A stretch of 64,000 nucleotides of DNA from the human T2T-CHM13v2.0 reference genome, Homo sapiens, in the NCBI RefSeq assembly GCF_009914755.1, contig NC_060941.1. One strand, written 5' to 3'. The notes beneath the pieces are model-generated. The model was not told the origin of the DNA. It ran no database searches and saw nothing but the letters and a program-made list of their open reading frames with translations. Every line of letters starts with the position of its first letter. The first letter of the stretch is position 1. Of this stretch, positions 27,336 through 53,808 are shown piece by piece. A program made the translations under genes and the position numbers.

Positions 27336-27540
27336 TATGACCTTTTAGTCCTATTAATCAAAATCAGGGGGCTCACAGGTAGGTGAGTAGAGAACATTTT
27401 GGAAAAAGAAATTCATATCTAACAAGACTTATGTGGCTAGATCTACTTCACCCTTTACAGTGAATGGTACAGGTTTCCACTAACCAATCCACTGGCAGTT
27501 GAAATTAAAATGTCCTTAGTTCTTCACTGTACTCATGTAG

Positions 27541-31990
<4,450 letters not shown>

Positions 31991-32039
31991 TTTATAAATG
32001 AAAAAAGAAAAACTCTAGAATTCTCTTTAATCTTTAAAT

Positions 32040-32420
32040 TTTTTAAAATTATTTTTAATTGTGGTAAAATACAACATAAAATTTGCCATTTTAACTATTT
32101 TCAATTCCACATTTCAGTGGAATTAAGTGCATTCACGTTGTGCAACCATTATCACCATGCGTCTCTAGAATTCTTTTTATCTTGCAACATTAAAACTCTG
32201 TAGTCATTAAGCAATAATTCCCCAGCCTCTTGCAACCACCAGTCTACTTTCTGTCTCCATAAATTTGACTAGGTACTTAATATAAGTGGAATCATTTGGG
32301 ATTTGTCTGTTTGTGACTAGCTTATATCACGTAACCTAATATCCCCAAAGTTCATCCATGTTGTAGTTATGTCAGAATTTCCTTCCTTTTTAAGTCTGAA
32401 AAATATTCCATTGGGTGTAT
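32040..32420 (-). mobile_element. L1MB-type 3' end
   Basis: gtggtaaaatacaacataaaatttgccatttt...gcaaccaccagtctactttctgtctc. Confidence 0.8.
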
Positions 32421-33465
32421 GTATATCTACATATGTATCTATATCTGTCTGTTTCAGAGTCTGATTAGTCACACCTAGAACAAAAATTTTCATTTACCAC
32501 ATCATCTTTTAATATCTAATGTTGGCGTCCTTCATGAAAATTTTTTTATATTAAGGAATACATTTTTTTGAGTCTGCCTTCCAGATTATTCAAATTTGAA
32601 ACTTAAAGACCATAGAACAGATTTTCTGGATTTAGCATTTTATAATGTATCTTCCACATTTTACACAAAACACCGGAACATATTTTGCTGTGTTCTGTTA
32701 AGGCCTTGTGAAATAACATAGGAGGTATATGATCTTAAATCTAGTATACAACATTTCTTATTCTATTTATACTGCTTCCCTTGCCATTAAGAATATAGCC
32801 CAAATCAGTGATAAAACTTAAAATAATTAAAAAGAGCAAAAACAGATTTCTAGTCCTCCTCTCACACCTCCTAAATCTGTGGAATTTCTGGGTATGGACC
32901 AAAGGATCTGTATTTTTAGAGTTCTTGGGTTGCTTCTTAAGAGTAACTATGTTTAGGATGTGGCCTAAGTATTTAAGGTTGTCATGAAGTAGCTTAAGAC
33001 CAAAGGTTTAACTGTATTTCCTGATAGGTATAGGTATTAGTGAATAAGGCTCTTAGTAAACTATGTAGGAAAAGATTTTTGTACTGCTTGGTTTTTTTCT
33101 GTGAACTTTTATATATAATAGCTAATTATTCACTAGCATTTTAGAGTCTGCATTTAGGAACTTAAATCTCAGAGGAATTACTTCATTTGAGTTAAACCCT
33201 AACATTTGGTAATAGAAATGAGCCAAAAACACAACAGGTGAACTTTATGGTATATAAATTATATATCAATAAAACTGTATTAAAAAAAAGAAAGGTTGGA
33301 CTTTTGAAGAAAAATCACTGAATATGGTATATAGTTATCAACATGATTGGTGTATGGTTGTAAAATTTTAATGAGTCATTAATGATAAATTTTATCAAAC
33401 TCAAATTTGTCTTACCTACCTTGAGTGAAATAATTTTGTAAATTATATAATTGAGTTGTAAACTA

Positions 33466-37660
<4,195 letters not shown>

Positions 37661-38019
37661 TATATGAATGTTATTTATTTATTTATTTGTTTTATTTTTG
37701 AGACCGAGTTTCGCTCTGTCACCAGGCTGGAGTGCAGTGTGGCTCGATCTCGGCTCACTGCAACCTCCACCTCCCGTGTTCAAGCTATTCTCCTGCCTCA
37801 GCCTCCCGAGTACCTGGGACTATAGGTGCACACCACCACGCCCAGCTAATTTTTGTATTTTTAGTAGAGACACGGTTTCACCATGTTGGCCAGGATGGTC
37901 TCAATCTCCTGACCTTGTGATCCACCTGCTTCAGCCTCCCAAAGTGCTGGGATTACAGGCGTGAGCCACTGCACCTGGCTGAATATAATTTATTTAAACT
38001 TTTTAATTTTGACATTTTA

Positions 38020-38561
<542 letters not shown>

Positions 38562-39179
38562 TAATGAATTAATTCAGAATATCTCATACTGGTTGTGTAA
38601 ATGCATGCAAAAACACCTGAAATGTTAGTTCGTACTGAAAGAAAACAAGCAATATTTCCTAGAACTTGTAGGCAGTAAGAGATAATAGAACTTTTGCAAG
38701 TCTCACTGCAGAGATTTTTCAGAATTCTGTTGACCTTTGTATGTATGATAAAATGTCCTATGACAGTTTTAGTAGTACCATTCAAACATTGTGAAAACAA
38801 TCATGTTACTTGAGGTTGAAAGTTAGCATATGTTTTCTTGACATAAATGTACTGTAATGCATTTAACCAGAAAGATCATGATGAAATTTGGGTGAATCCT
38901 GGTGAAATTTGAGCTGATCACGATTCCTTGGTCGAATAACACTAAAGATAGAGAATTGTTGCACTTTATTATAAGAAGTAGAAATTTATTTTGCCCTTTT
39001 GTTACCAGGAATGGCCCCTTATTTTGAATAATTAATAAGTCACAGCTAAGTATCATTTTAGTATACGTACTGTAGATTTAGATTTGTAGTGTTTGGTGCA
39101 TTTTTATCCAGTTTGTTTTGGTAGTGGTAGTGGTGACTTGTAAAATTGAGGCTATGATTAAAGAAAAAGTAACATTAGA

Positions 39180-39310
39180 TGGGTAACCTCTCTGCCTCTC
39201 AGGGTTCTCCAACCATAAAACAAGGATACTAATAGGACCTACCTCATAAGATTATTCTGAGGATTAAATTGGTTACTATATAAAAAATACCTGGCACATA
39301 GGAGGTGCTC
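39180..39310 (+). mobile_element. MIR remnant
   Basis: aacctctctgcctctcagg...cctacctcataagattattctgaggattaaat...cctggcacatag. Confidence 0.7.
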
Positions 39311-39351
39311 TGTGTTTGCTTTCAAAGAAACAGTTGTAACCTAAGCTTTGT

Positions 39352-39969
39352 ATAGTTTTTCCTCAGTATCTGTGGGGGATTTGGTTCCAGGACACCCACC
39401 CCCAGGATACCAAATCCCTTCTATAAAATGGAGTATCTGCACATAACCTGGGCACATCCACCTATTATTTTTTCAATCATCTGTAGATTAGTTATAATAC
39501 CACAATGTGAATGCCATGTAAATAGTTGTTACGTTATATTGGCTTTTTGTTTTATTTTTATTGTTATATTGTCATTTTTTAAAATTTTATTTATTTATTT
39601 ATTTTGAGACAGAGTCTCACTCTGTCGCCCAGGCTGGAGTTCAGTGGCGCAATCACGGCTCACTGCAAGCTCCGCCTCCCAGGTTCATGCCATTCTCCTG
39701 CCTAAGCTTCCCGAGTAGCTGGGACTGCAGGCACCCACCACCACACCCAGCTAATTTTTTATATTTTTAGTATAAATGGGGTTTCACCGTGTGTGCCAGG
39801 ATGGTCTCAATCTCCTAACCTGGTGATCTGCCTGCCTCGGCCTCCCAAAGTGCTGGGATTATAGGCATGAGCCACCGTGCCCAGCCAATTTTTTTATTTT
39901 TTCAATTATTTTTGATATATAGTTGGTTGAATCTACAAATCTAGAACCCACAGATGTGAAGGGCTGACT
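39352..39969. mobile_element. MER2 DNA element interrupted by an antisense Alu (~39585-39886)
   Basis: cctcagtatctgtgggggatttggttccagga ... gaacccacagatgtgaagggctgact. Confidence 0.8.
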
Positions 39970-40402
39970 ATACATATAATTCTAGAGAACACAGTTTTCT
40001 GTCTTCTAACGATGATCAATATTGTTACTATAGGTTTGTAGTAATGGAATAGTACATTTTTAAGAAATAGTGTATTTCTTTATAATTTTAATTAGTAATT
40101 ATATATGAAATACACAGCTTATAGAAGTGATTATATGTTGGCATTATTAAAAGATTAATGTATCATTGGCTTGACTTTATGCATTTAACAAATCACTGAA
40201 TACATAACTATTTTTTATTAAAAAATTTTAAAAATATATTATTCTGAGTAATATCTATATAACTATTTTTTTAAGGTAAATGGTGACTAGAATTTTACTT
40301 CAAACTATGTTCTTGATCTACTGTGTGAACTTATTTTATCTTAAATTTATATTAAATCTTTATAATAATATATTTTAATGCTTTTATAACTTTTCCATGT
40401 AG

Positions 40403-40448
40403 CTTGTAATGGAATATTGTTTAGGATCTGCTTCGGATTTACTAGAAG
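40403..40448 (+). CDS. TAOK1: TAOK1 exon 5 (hinge region)
   Basis: ccatgtag| LVMEYCLGSASDLLE + 1 nt |gtaagt; 46 nt. Confidence 0.97.
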
Positions 40449-40991
40449 GTAAGTTCCCTTTGATTATTTTTTAAAAAGTATTCACAGAATAAAATGATAA
40501 TTTAGACATTATTTAAATGATATTAATACCAAATAATGTAAAACTTTCCAGAAAGAGCAGAACTCTTAGTCTTGTTCAAATTCTCAGCATGGTATATGCT
40601 GTCCTTATTAAATATTATATGTTATACAGTAGCTTAAAATAGTCATGTTTTCTCATTGTGACTTTACAAGTATTTTTCTGAATTCTCTGTCATTCTGCTC
40701 CTCTTGTTCAAACCAAAGATAAGTGAGAATAAAGAGAGAACTCTGTTACTATTGTTTTTACATCACCAAATAATTATTTAATATCGTTAGCTAAGAGAAG
40801 AATTGGCTATGAACTGTACTTTAACAACTGACACAACTGCATACAAGTTATAAAGTTTAATAATCTTTATCATCTTGGAAAATAAATCTCTTCTTGCTAA
40901 GTATCAGTTTTTAAAAATTGCCCCATGTATTAGATATGTATTTTTTTAACAAAAATGTTCTGTGTATTAATTATTTTGAAATAAATTTTAA

Positions 40992-41090
<99 letters not shown>

Positions 41091-42080
41091 TAAGTGCTTT
41101 GGAAATTATATATTGATAAGTAAATGGCTTGTTGCATATACCAACTTTAGAATTTATTAACTCTAAAGTTTTTATTGGTTAAAGCCAAATAAAATAATAT
41201 AAGCTCATATTTTTTTAGATTTTTCATGTCCTAAAATGAACATAGTTGTATACTTTATCTCACTAGGATAATTTTTATCTTTGCCTATATGTGCTGCTGG
41301 ACCTTGTAAAAATATGTATACTTTCTAGATTTGTGGTAGAAATTTAGCTATAGAATCATTTAATTTGCAAACTGGAATGGGCATTAGAGAATCATACAGT
41401 TTTTCTTTCTCATTTTACCGGTAAAATCACTGATGTCTCAATTTGTGACTAATTTCCTAAAGGTTGCAAAGCTGAGTAGATAGAGCTAGAACTAAATCTA
41501 GATCTTTTGTCTTCTTGGTAACTGATAATGACATATTTATTCCATTGATTCTATGACATGGACGAATAAAAGCTGCTTAAGGCCAGGCGAGGTGGCTCAC
41601 ACCTGTAATCCCAGCACTTTGAGAGGCCTAGGCAGGTGGATCACTTGAGGTCAGGAGTTCGAGACCAGCCTGGCCAACCAATATGGTAAAACCTCGTCTC
41701 CACTGAAAATATGAAAATTAGCTGGGCTTTGTTGTAGGCATCTATAATCCCAGCTACTCGTGAGGCTGAGAGAAGAGAATCACTTGAGCCCGGGAGGCGG
41801 AGTTTGCAGTGAGCTGAGATTGTGCCACTGTACACACTGTACACTGTACCACTGTACAGCCTGGGTGACAGAGTGAAACTCTGTCTCAAAAAAAAAAAAA
41901 AACAGAAGCTGCTTAAGACTCCTTATGCTTTTGAGCTGTGGTCCTTGATAATCCTTGATAATGGATAGTAACTTTGAAGTTAAAACATTTTATAATGTAT
42001 TTTTGGCACTGGTATTGGTTCTAGCTGTTTTAGAAGAAAGTTAGCATTTTCTTATTACATATATGAACCAGGCAGTACAT

Positions 42081-42280
42081 TTTAAACTATATAATAGAGT
42101 CATTGTGAGTTAATAGGTTATCATTTTTTAACATGAGGATAAGATCTGAGAGATACCCACAAGCTAGTAAATAAGTGAGTTTTAAACTATATAATAGAGT
42201 CATTGTGAGTTAATAGGTTATCATTTTTTAACATGAGGATAAGATCTGAGAGATACCCACAAGCTAGTAAATAAGTGAGT
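42081..42280. repeat. Perfect 100-bp tandem duplication (2 copies)
   Basis: 42081-42180 is identical to 42181-42280. Confidence 0.98.
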
Positions 42281-43086
42281 GCCATAGTTGGAATTTCAAC
42301 CTAAGGTTTTCTCAAATTTAAGATACCTCTCCATTTAAAAAAAATCAAATGGAGGAAAAATAGATTCACTTCGTGTTATGCTCTAAAATATTATAGTGAG
42401 AATTAACAAGGGCTTGGAAATTCAGCACTTTAATTTCTATTTTAATTTTTGAATGATTAAGTATATATTATAATGCTAATTAGATGGACAGTCTTATTAT
42501 ATAAATACATGTTTTCTTAGTTTATATAGACAGTATGTTTGCTATTTCAGAAAAGTAAATTTGGGATCATTGATACTACATTATCCATATATTTCAGTTT
42601 TTATTTTATATTTAGGAAAACTATGCTGACGTTTGGAAATGATACGAATACATCTTTATGTATTTATTTATTTTGAATAAGTCTTTTAAAAAGTTTGGAG
42701 AATAAGGTTCTTTTATATTTTCTTTTTTGTTTTTAAGTTAAGTATGGATACTCAGAAATCTTACGTATGATGAAGAGATTGTTTGCTAATTGCAATATAT
42801 TTTAAAAACCATTGTTTCTACCAATAAACAGAAACTAAAATATAAACTATGCTCCAATGAACTAATTTTTTTTTACTGCTATTTGTCTTCTCTTTTAGAA
42901 AATTATTACTATATGTTTATTTGAATTCTGTAGTTTTTTGTTTTCTAATTTGAATATTAATTCTCCTTATCCCAATTGTGAGATTACCCCAGCACTTAAT
43001 TATTTTGATTTCTCTTTCTCTATCCTATGAATTCTTGTTTTATTTTTATCGTTTTAAACATAATCTATTGAGGGAAAGTTAAGTAA

Positions 43087-43224
<138 letters not shown>

Positions 43225-43391
43225 TAAGAATAGTTAAAGCAGTCAGCAGCTGTTTTAAGTGTCTGTCTATGTTTAACATGAAATACAAATGAAGTGTAAG
43301 GTAAAGTACTGTCAGGAATGTTAAACTCGGCCAGGTGCAATGGCTCACACCTGTAATCCCAGAACTTTGGGAGGCCGAGGCAGACAGATCA

Positions 43392-43628
<237 letters not shown>

Positions 43629-43724
43629 TTAAAATTTTAAAAAAAGAATGTAGGACACTAATTGAAGACATGAATTAGTGATTAGTGCTTCATTTACAAA
43701 TAAGATGCCCATAAGATTGATAAT

Positions 43725-44286
<562 letters not shown>

Positions 44287-44482
44287 CCTAAAGTATATGA
44301 AATATTATAATCTGCAAACTTGAGCAGATGCAAAATATAATTCTGCCTTGGGAGCCTCTTTCTTTTGGGGTGGCTGTTACATGATAATGATGGATAGTGA
44401 AAATAAATCTCACACTATGGGCCAGGTGCGGTGGATCACGCCTGTAATCCCAGCACTTTGGGAGGCCAAGGCGGGCGGATCA

Positions 44483-44748
<266 letters not shown>

Positions 44749-44915
44749 CTATATATGCATTGCTAAATATTTACCTCACAACCTGTAATGCACTTAGTTC
44801 CCGTTATAAAAATTCTTATGTCCAGATATATTGGCTAGAATTCAAACCAGTGATCTCCATGTAGATGACTGTTACATTCTCAAAGGATAGAATACTTTTT
44901 AAAAAAAATCTTTAA

Positions 44916-45065
<150 letters not shown>

Positions 45066-45499
45066 TGATCAATGTTTTACCTCAATTTCTGTACCAATCT
45101 ATAAAAATTATAGATTTTTATCTTAAATGTCACTTTATAAGGGGGGCAATACATTTATTAAGGTTTTCACTTTGGTTATTTGGTAAGTTTTATTTATATT
45201 AGGGTTACCTATATTATATTTGCTCTGTTCCATTATATCTAAAATAATTTTCCACTGTGGTTTTAATTAAGTTTGAGGAATCTATGTCTAACATTAATGA
45301 GTATTTGTTAAACACCTAGAATATGTTTATGATTACCAGATTTACCAGCTATAGAAGATCTGTAAGCCATTCATAACTAGCTGGGGTAGTTACTACTTTT
45401 TTTTTAATTAGGGATGAAATTAGATGTCAGACTGTCATACCTACATACCATTTTGTAACAGTTTGATATATATATATATACATATTTTTTTTTTTTAAG

Positions 45500-45602
45500 A
45501 CGGTAAGGCCGACTTCATTCAACAGGGGCCATGATCCATAGGTATATGCATCACTGTAGCAGGGTCTTGCAATGAGAGAGAGAGAGAGATTGGACTGAAT
45601 TT
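45500..45602. mobile_element. Possible ERV1-class LTR fragment containing (AG)n
   Basis: ggtaaggccgacttcattc...ataggtata...gggtcttgcaatgagagag...attggactgaat resembles recalled MER31/MER67-type LTR ends. Confidence 0.35.
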
Positions 45603-47154
45603 CCTGTAGCAGTTTGATTTTAAGCACACATTTTGTTAAGTTGTTCATAAATAGAACTGTGCTAAAAAGAGTGGACCATCATAACTTCTGTGAGCCAATA
45701 AACTGTCACTGTAATTGAAGATGCTGGCCGTCTTCTTGCTCTGGATTTCCCAATGGAGGTCTACCAGCCCAATAGTCTTTTCCTTTTTATCTTCTTATAA
45801 GAGCATTGCATTAAATTTTACTTATTTATTTATTTTTGAGACATGGTCTTGCTCTGTCACCCAGGCTGGAGTACAGTGGTGCAATCTCAGCTCACTCTAA
45901 CCTCTGCTTCCTGGGATCAAGCAATCCTCCCACCTCAGCCTCCTGCATAGCTGGGACTGCAGGCACACACCAGCACACCAGGCTAATTTTTGTATTTTTA
46001 GCAGAGACAGGGTTTCGCCATGATGCCCAGGCTGGTCTTGAACTCCTGGGCTCAAGCTATCCTCCTGCCTCAGCCTCCCGCAGTGGGGGGATTTCAAGCA
46101 TGAGCCACTGCGCTCATCTAAACCATTCTAAAAGGAGTGACTAAGGATGGAAAATAATACATTAAAAGTAAAATCTGTTGGTAATTTTGATTAATCATTA
46201 TCTACTCGAGTTTGTCAGTAGTTTTCTAAAATAAGTATAGGGAAAATGAGGTAAAATGAAGGTAAAATCTTGCTTATTATTACACAGTAGATTAAAGTTA
46301 CGATTTCTATTACAACCAGACTACCTTGCAGTCCAGTTTTTTTTCCCTAAAATGTAATCTTTAAGTATTTTCACTTTTGTTGGAATTCCTCTGTTAACTA
46401 CTCCCTTCAAGCTCCACATCCTGCTGCTGTTTGTTTTATAGTTTAACAACATCAACAAACAGAGATTTGGAGATTACCATGTCATACTTGGGATTTCTTT
46501 GTCTTAATTTGAAGTTTGCATAACTGTTTCTTCCATTTGAAAGTACCTTTAGGTGTCCTAAACTCTAATCTCTATTCTTTTACCTATGATTCTTTTTCCT
46601 ACCCATAGGTCCTAATTTAATTTCTTAAGAAGCCTGGGTATACATGTACAGAAGCTGGTTAATGTACTCTTTGCCCATGGGGTCCTTTTACATTCTTAAT
46701 GCTGGCCGATGCATACATGTGCCCCTCAGTGATAGTGAAATTGCATTAATGGACCTGCTAGATTTCATTGATATATTTTAAGATTTATTTGATTAGAAGG
46801 TATTTGTTGGCTCATTGTTGTGCTTAGAACAAAATCTACCTAAACTTTGTAGTTTCCGTGAAATGGCTTCTCCTTTCTAGCTTCTTTTTATTCTACTTCA
46901 TAAAAGAGTTCCTTCACAATAGAAGTTTTTATACTTAAAGGAACTTTAGATGTGACTGCCTTTAAATAATTTTGCATGGGAGAAATATTTGAAATAATTT
47001 CTTAGAATTTTAGGCATTCATTTGGTATCTTCACTTTTGTAATCTTTCATAATAACTTTAAACATTTTACTTACAAATGTTTTGAATATTTTGAAGTGCT
47101 AAGTCAGGAACTATATTTTAAGCCTGATTATGGTTCTAGGTGAAAGGTCTAAAG

Positions 47155-47308
47155 TAGCACAGGCCAGGAAAACTTTCTGCAGTGAAGGAAGTGTTCTGTA
47201 GCTATGGCTTTTCAGCTAAAGGAGTGAATTTTCTAAAATTTTATTTAAATACATTTGCATTTAAATAGTCACATGTGCTAGTTAGCTACCTTTTTAGATA
47301 ACACAGGT
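47155..47308. mobile_element. MER3-like hAT element
   Basis: aactttctgcagtgaaggaagtgttctgta ... aaatagtcacatgtgctagttagctacc. Confidence 0.6.
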
Positions 47309-47320
47309 CTAGAGGTATGA

Positions 47321-47722
<402 letters not shown>

Positions 47723-48786
47723 TAAAGCAAACCATTTTCTTACAGTATAGGTAATAGAAAAAATTTACATCAATTTTACCATTATTGGTCTTGATAAACA
47801 TAGTTGTGAATAGATATGACTCTTGCTTTAGTGTCACAAAGGTTGAAATTACTTGGTTATGTCTTAATACCAAGAAATCTTATAATACATAATTTTTCAT
47901 GAGTGGGTTTGCTTACATGTTTCTTTATAGTTAATCTGATGAAAATTCTTAGTTTGTTATTCAAGCTGCATGATTATATAATCTTTATAAAAATATAATT
48001 TACCATTTTTAATTACATAAATATATGTTTAGGGTATAAAATTATAGAAATACAAAAGGAGCGAAAAGAAAATAAATTATTCATAGTTCTACTCTCAGCT
48101 GGATACAGTGGCTTACATCTGTAATCCTAGCACTTTGGGAGGCCAAGGCGGAAGGATTGCTTAAAGCCAGAAGTTTGAGACCAGCCTGGGCAGCATAGCA
48201 AGACCTTGTCTCTACCAAAAACAAGACAAATAAGCTGGGCATGGTAACCCCACACCTGTAGTCCCAGCTACTCGGGAGGCAGAGGTGGACGACCCCCTTT
48301 AGCCCAGGAGTTTGAGGCTGCAGTGAGCTATAATTATGCTACTACACTTCAGCCTGAGTGATAGAGTGAGGCCCTTTCTAAACAAACAAATTAATTAAAT
48401 TAAAATAAAACAGGAAACAAAAGTACACATAGTCATTTTTCCCATTGAGAGGAATAAATGAAAATAGTAAAATTTGAACCCATTTATCTCACCCTTTGGT
48501 GATTACTCTTCTGTATAAGTATATATAATTTGAACTCTTTCTCTGGAAATTTTATCACTGGACATTGTTTCTGAGATTTACTTTTTAGACCGTTCAGTTC
48601 TTCTATCTCAGTTTCATCTAATTTCCTCTTGAGTTTTGGAGGTATTAATTTTACAGAAGCAATCCAAATTTATGGGTAGAGACGTTTTAGAAACATGCAC
48701 AAGATAATAAGAAATAGTATCTCTAACTTAAAATAAATTTGGTTTAAAATTAAGTGGTGGCTCATGCCTCTAATTGCAGCACTTTA

Positions 48787-49023
<237 letters not shown>

Positions 49024-49155
49024 TTATCTCAAAAAAAGAAAAAAAAGTTTAGTAGTAGCTTATAAAAATTTGAGATAAAAAATATTTGGCCGAGTGCAGT
49101 TCAGTGGCTTATGCCTGTAATCCCAGCACTTTGGGAGGCCAAGGCGGGCAAATCA

Positions 49156-49371
<216 letters not shown>

Positions 49372-49804
49372 TCAAGAAAAAAAAAAAAGTTATTTGAATT
49401 TATGAGAGTCTAACACATTGTAAATTTGGTGAATCTCTTCTGTGATTTTTAGGCAAGTTTAATGTTCTTTGATAAAATTGAGAGATTTTTAATTTAATAG
49501 TGAATGACAAAATTAAAAAGATATGTTCTAGTTTGATATATTGACGGTATACCATTTAAAAGGCTTGGTGACCAAGAGGTGAAGTGGAATGGGGATTCAG
49601 AATTTGAACAGAGAAAGGAGGGCATCTGTTTAAGCAGAGAGAAGATGGTCACAAAGATGGGATATTGGTTACATAGGAGGAATTTATCAGATAGAAAAAT
49701 ATATTAAGGGCCAGTTGCTGTGGCTCATGCCTGTAATCCCAGCACTTTGGGAGGCCAAGGCGGGCAGATCACCTGAGGTCAGGAGTTCAAGACCAGCCTA
49801 GTCA

Positions 49805-50806
<1,002 letters not shown>

Positions 50807-50821
50807 CAGGAGTCCTGTATA

Positions 50822-51336
50822 TCTCAGAATCTTCAGAGGATTGGTTCCAGAACCCCCTCAGATAACAAAATGTGCAGATGCTTAAGTCTCATATAAAACG
50901 GTGTAGTTTTTGCATATAACCTATGCATATCCTACCATATACTTTGAATAATCTCTGGATTACTTATAATACCTAATACAATATCAATGCCATGTAAGTA
51001 GCTGTCTTAAAAATTTGTATTTTTGGCTGGGCGTAGTGGCTCACACCTGTAATGCCAGCACTTTGGGAGGCCGAGACGGGTAGATCACCTGAGGTTGGGA
51101 GTTTGAGACCAGCCTGATCAACATGGAGAAACCCTGTCTCTACTAAACATATAAAATTAGCCAGGCGTGGCAGCGCACTCCTGTAATCCCAGGTACTCGG
51201 GAGGCTGAGACAGGAGAGAATCGGGAGGCTGAGACAGGAGAGAATCGCTTGAACCCGGGAGGCGGAGGTAGTGGTGAGCCAAGATCGTGCCATTGCACTC
51301 CAGGCTGGGCAACAAGAGTGAAACCACATCTCAAAA

Positions 51337-51369
<33 letters not shown>

Positions 51370-51489
51370 TGTTAATTTTTTAATTGTTAAAACAATTTTT
51401 TTTCGCCAAATATTTTCAGTCTATGGTTGAAATATTTCGGTTGGTTCAGTCTGTGGATGCAGAACCTACAGATACAGAAAGGCGACCAT
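50822..51489. mobile_element. MER2 DNA element interrupted by a sense Alu (~51025-51370) with an (AAT)n tail
   Basis: ggattggttccagaaccccc...gcatataacctatgc ... gtggatgcagaacctacagatacag. Confidence 0.78.
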
Positions 51490-52400
51490 ACTTCAATTTG
51501 TCAAAGTCATGACTTCAACTTTTACCTTAAACTAAAACAAAGAGCAAATTGAACACAAAATAAGCAGAAGGTAGAGGATAATAAAGATCAAAGCAGAGAT
51601 CAGTTGAATAGAAAACTGAAAAACAGTAGAGAAAATCAGTGCGGATATTAAAAGAGTAATGGGGAAATATGAACAATTTTCTGTCAATAAGTTTGACACC
51701 TTGGATAAAATGAACAAATTCCTTGAAGATTAACAATACTCAAAGCTCATTATTGCTACATGGGATATTATTGGGACATCTGAATGAAACTTGAATGTAG
51801 TTTGAATGTAGTGTAGTCTTATATCACTATTAAATGACCTGATTTAATGGATGTATTACGATGCTTTAGGAAAATGTTCTTCTTTACAGGAAATATACAC
51901 TCAAGTATATATTAAGTATGGTGAGGCTTCAGGTCAGCAATTTATTCTCAATTGATTCACTTGAAGAAGTTCTTGGAGGCTGGGTGCAGTGGCTCACACC
52001 TGTAATCCCAGCACTCTGGGAGGCTGAGTTGGGAGGATCACTTGAGCTCAAGAGTTCAAGACCATCTTGGGCAACATGGTGAAACCCCATCTCTACAGAA
52101 AATACAAAACTTAATTGGGCATGGTGGTGCACACCTGTGGTCCCAGCTACTCGGGAGGCCGAGGTGGGAGGATTGCTTGAGCACAGGAGGTCAAGGCTGT
52201 AGTGAGCCAAGATTGTGCCACTGCACTCCAGCCTGGGTGACAGAGCAAGACCCTATCTCAGAAAAAAAATAAAAAAAAAGCTCTTTGAACTCTACTTGCA
52301 ATTTTTTGTGTAAGTTTAAGATTGTTTCAAAATAAAATCATTTAAAAAAAAAAAAGGAAAAACGTGCCCAGGACTTGAGTACCCCTGGAACCTATTTTAA

Positions 52401-52520
<120 letters not shown>

Positions 52521-53436
52521 TGAGTATTGTTAATATATATATTGCTCAGTGTTGAATAAATGAAATGCTTTTTCATAATCTGTTATCAAAGTGATTTAAT
52601 TTCAGTTAGGTAAAATGTATCACCTTATAAGATATTAAAATAGATGTATTTTACCCTTTTAAATATATTTATTCTTTATCATGTTTCCATTTCATGGCAT
52701 ACGTATAACTGAGTTCAGAAAAGGATGGATGATGTCACATGAATGCAAAAAGTATTCATTTTACAAGAATTTGTATTTTACTTTCTCTTTAAATTTAGGA
52801 ATACCTAATCCTAATTAAATAATAAATAGCATTTAAGCATTAATATTTTATAACTAAAATATATGTATTATTACAACCTATAGTGATATTTGATTGGAGG
52901 ATGGTTTATAATTTATATGATATAAAAATATAAGTAAAATGATTTGACTTTATCAAAATTACCAGGTAATTAAAAATATTGGGATCACTCTAATTATCAT
53001 ATTTGTTATTCAGTTTTATCTGATATTCCTTCTAGGACTTCCTTGATTTGTTAAAATTTAGTTCATTCATGTAAAGAGGTTTATGGACAACAGATTGACA
53101 ATTTTAGAAAACTAGGATTTTTATCAACAGTATAAAACTGTAGTAGAAAATTAATTCCTCAGGTGTACCTAGCATTCGATAAATTCTAGGGGGATATTTA
53201 GCATATTTAATAAATATTTTGAAATTCACAGACATATAAATTAGGGGTACTTAATTATTTAAAGAGTACATAATTATGGCACATTCATATAAGTCTTTGC
53301 CACTTAAGAATGTGCCATATAACTCTAGTAAACTAATAATGCTAAAACTCTGTGCCAAAAGATTCTTTCTATATAACTCTACTTTGTGTTTAGAATTATA
53401 TAGAACGAATCTTTTGACACTGAGTTTAGTGTTATG

Positions 53437-53808
53437 GTATGGTTTAGTACATTTTGTGCTGCTGTAACAGAGTATCAGAGGCTTGGTAATTTATAAAGAA
53501 CAGAAATTTATTTCTCACTTTCTGGAGGCTGGGAAGTCCAGGACCAAGGCACTGGCAGGTTAGGACCTGGTCCTCCTACTTACAAGATAGTGCCTTTAAC
53601 TCTGCATCCTTTGGAGGGGAGAAACATTGTGTCCTCACATGGCAGAGAGCAGGAGAGAGAGAACCCTCTCCCACAAGCCCTTTTTATAGCAGAATTAATC
53701 CATTCATGACCTGAACAACTCGCATTAGGCCCCACCTCCCAACACTGTTGCACTGGAGATTAAGTTTCAACATCAGTTTTGGAGAAACAAAAACATTGAA
53801 ACCATAGT
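53437..53808 (-). mobile_element. MST-family (ERVL-MaLR) solo LTR
   Basis: ggtaatttataaagaacagaaatttatttctcac...ggctgggaagtcca...ggccccacctcccaacactg...aaaccatag. Confidence 0.85.
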
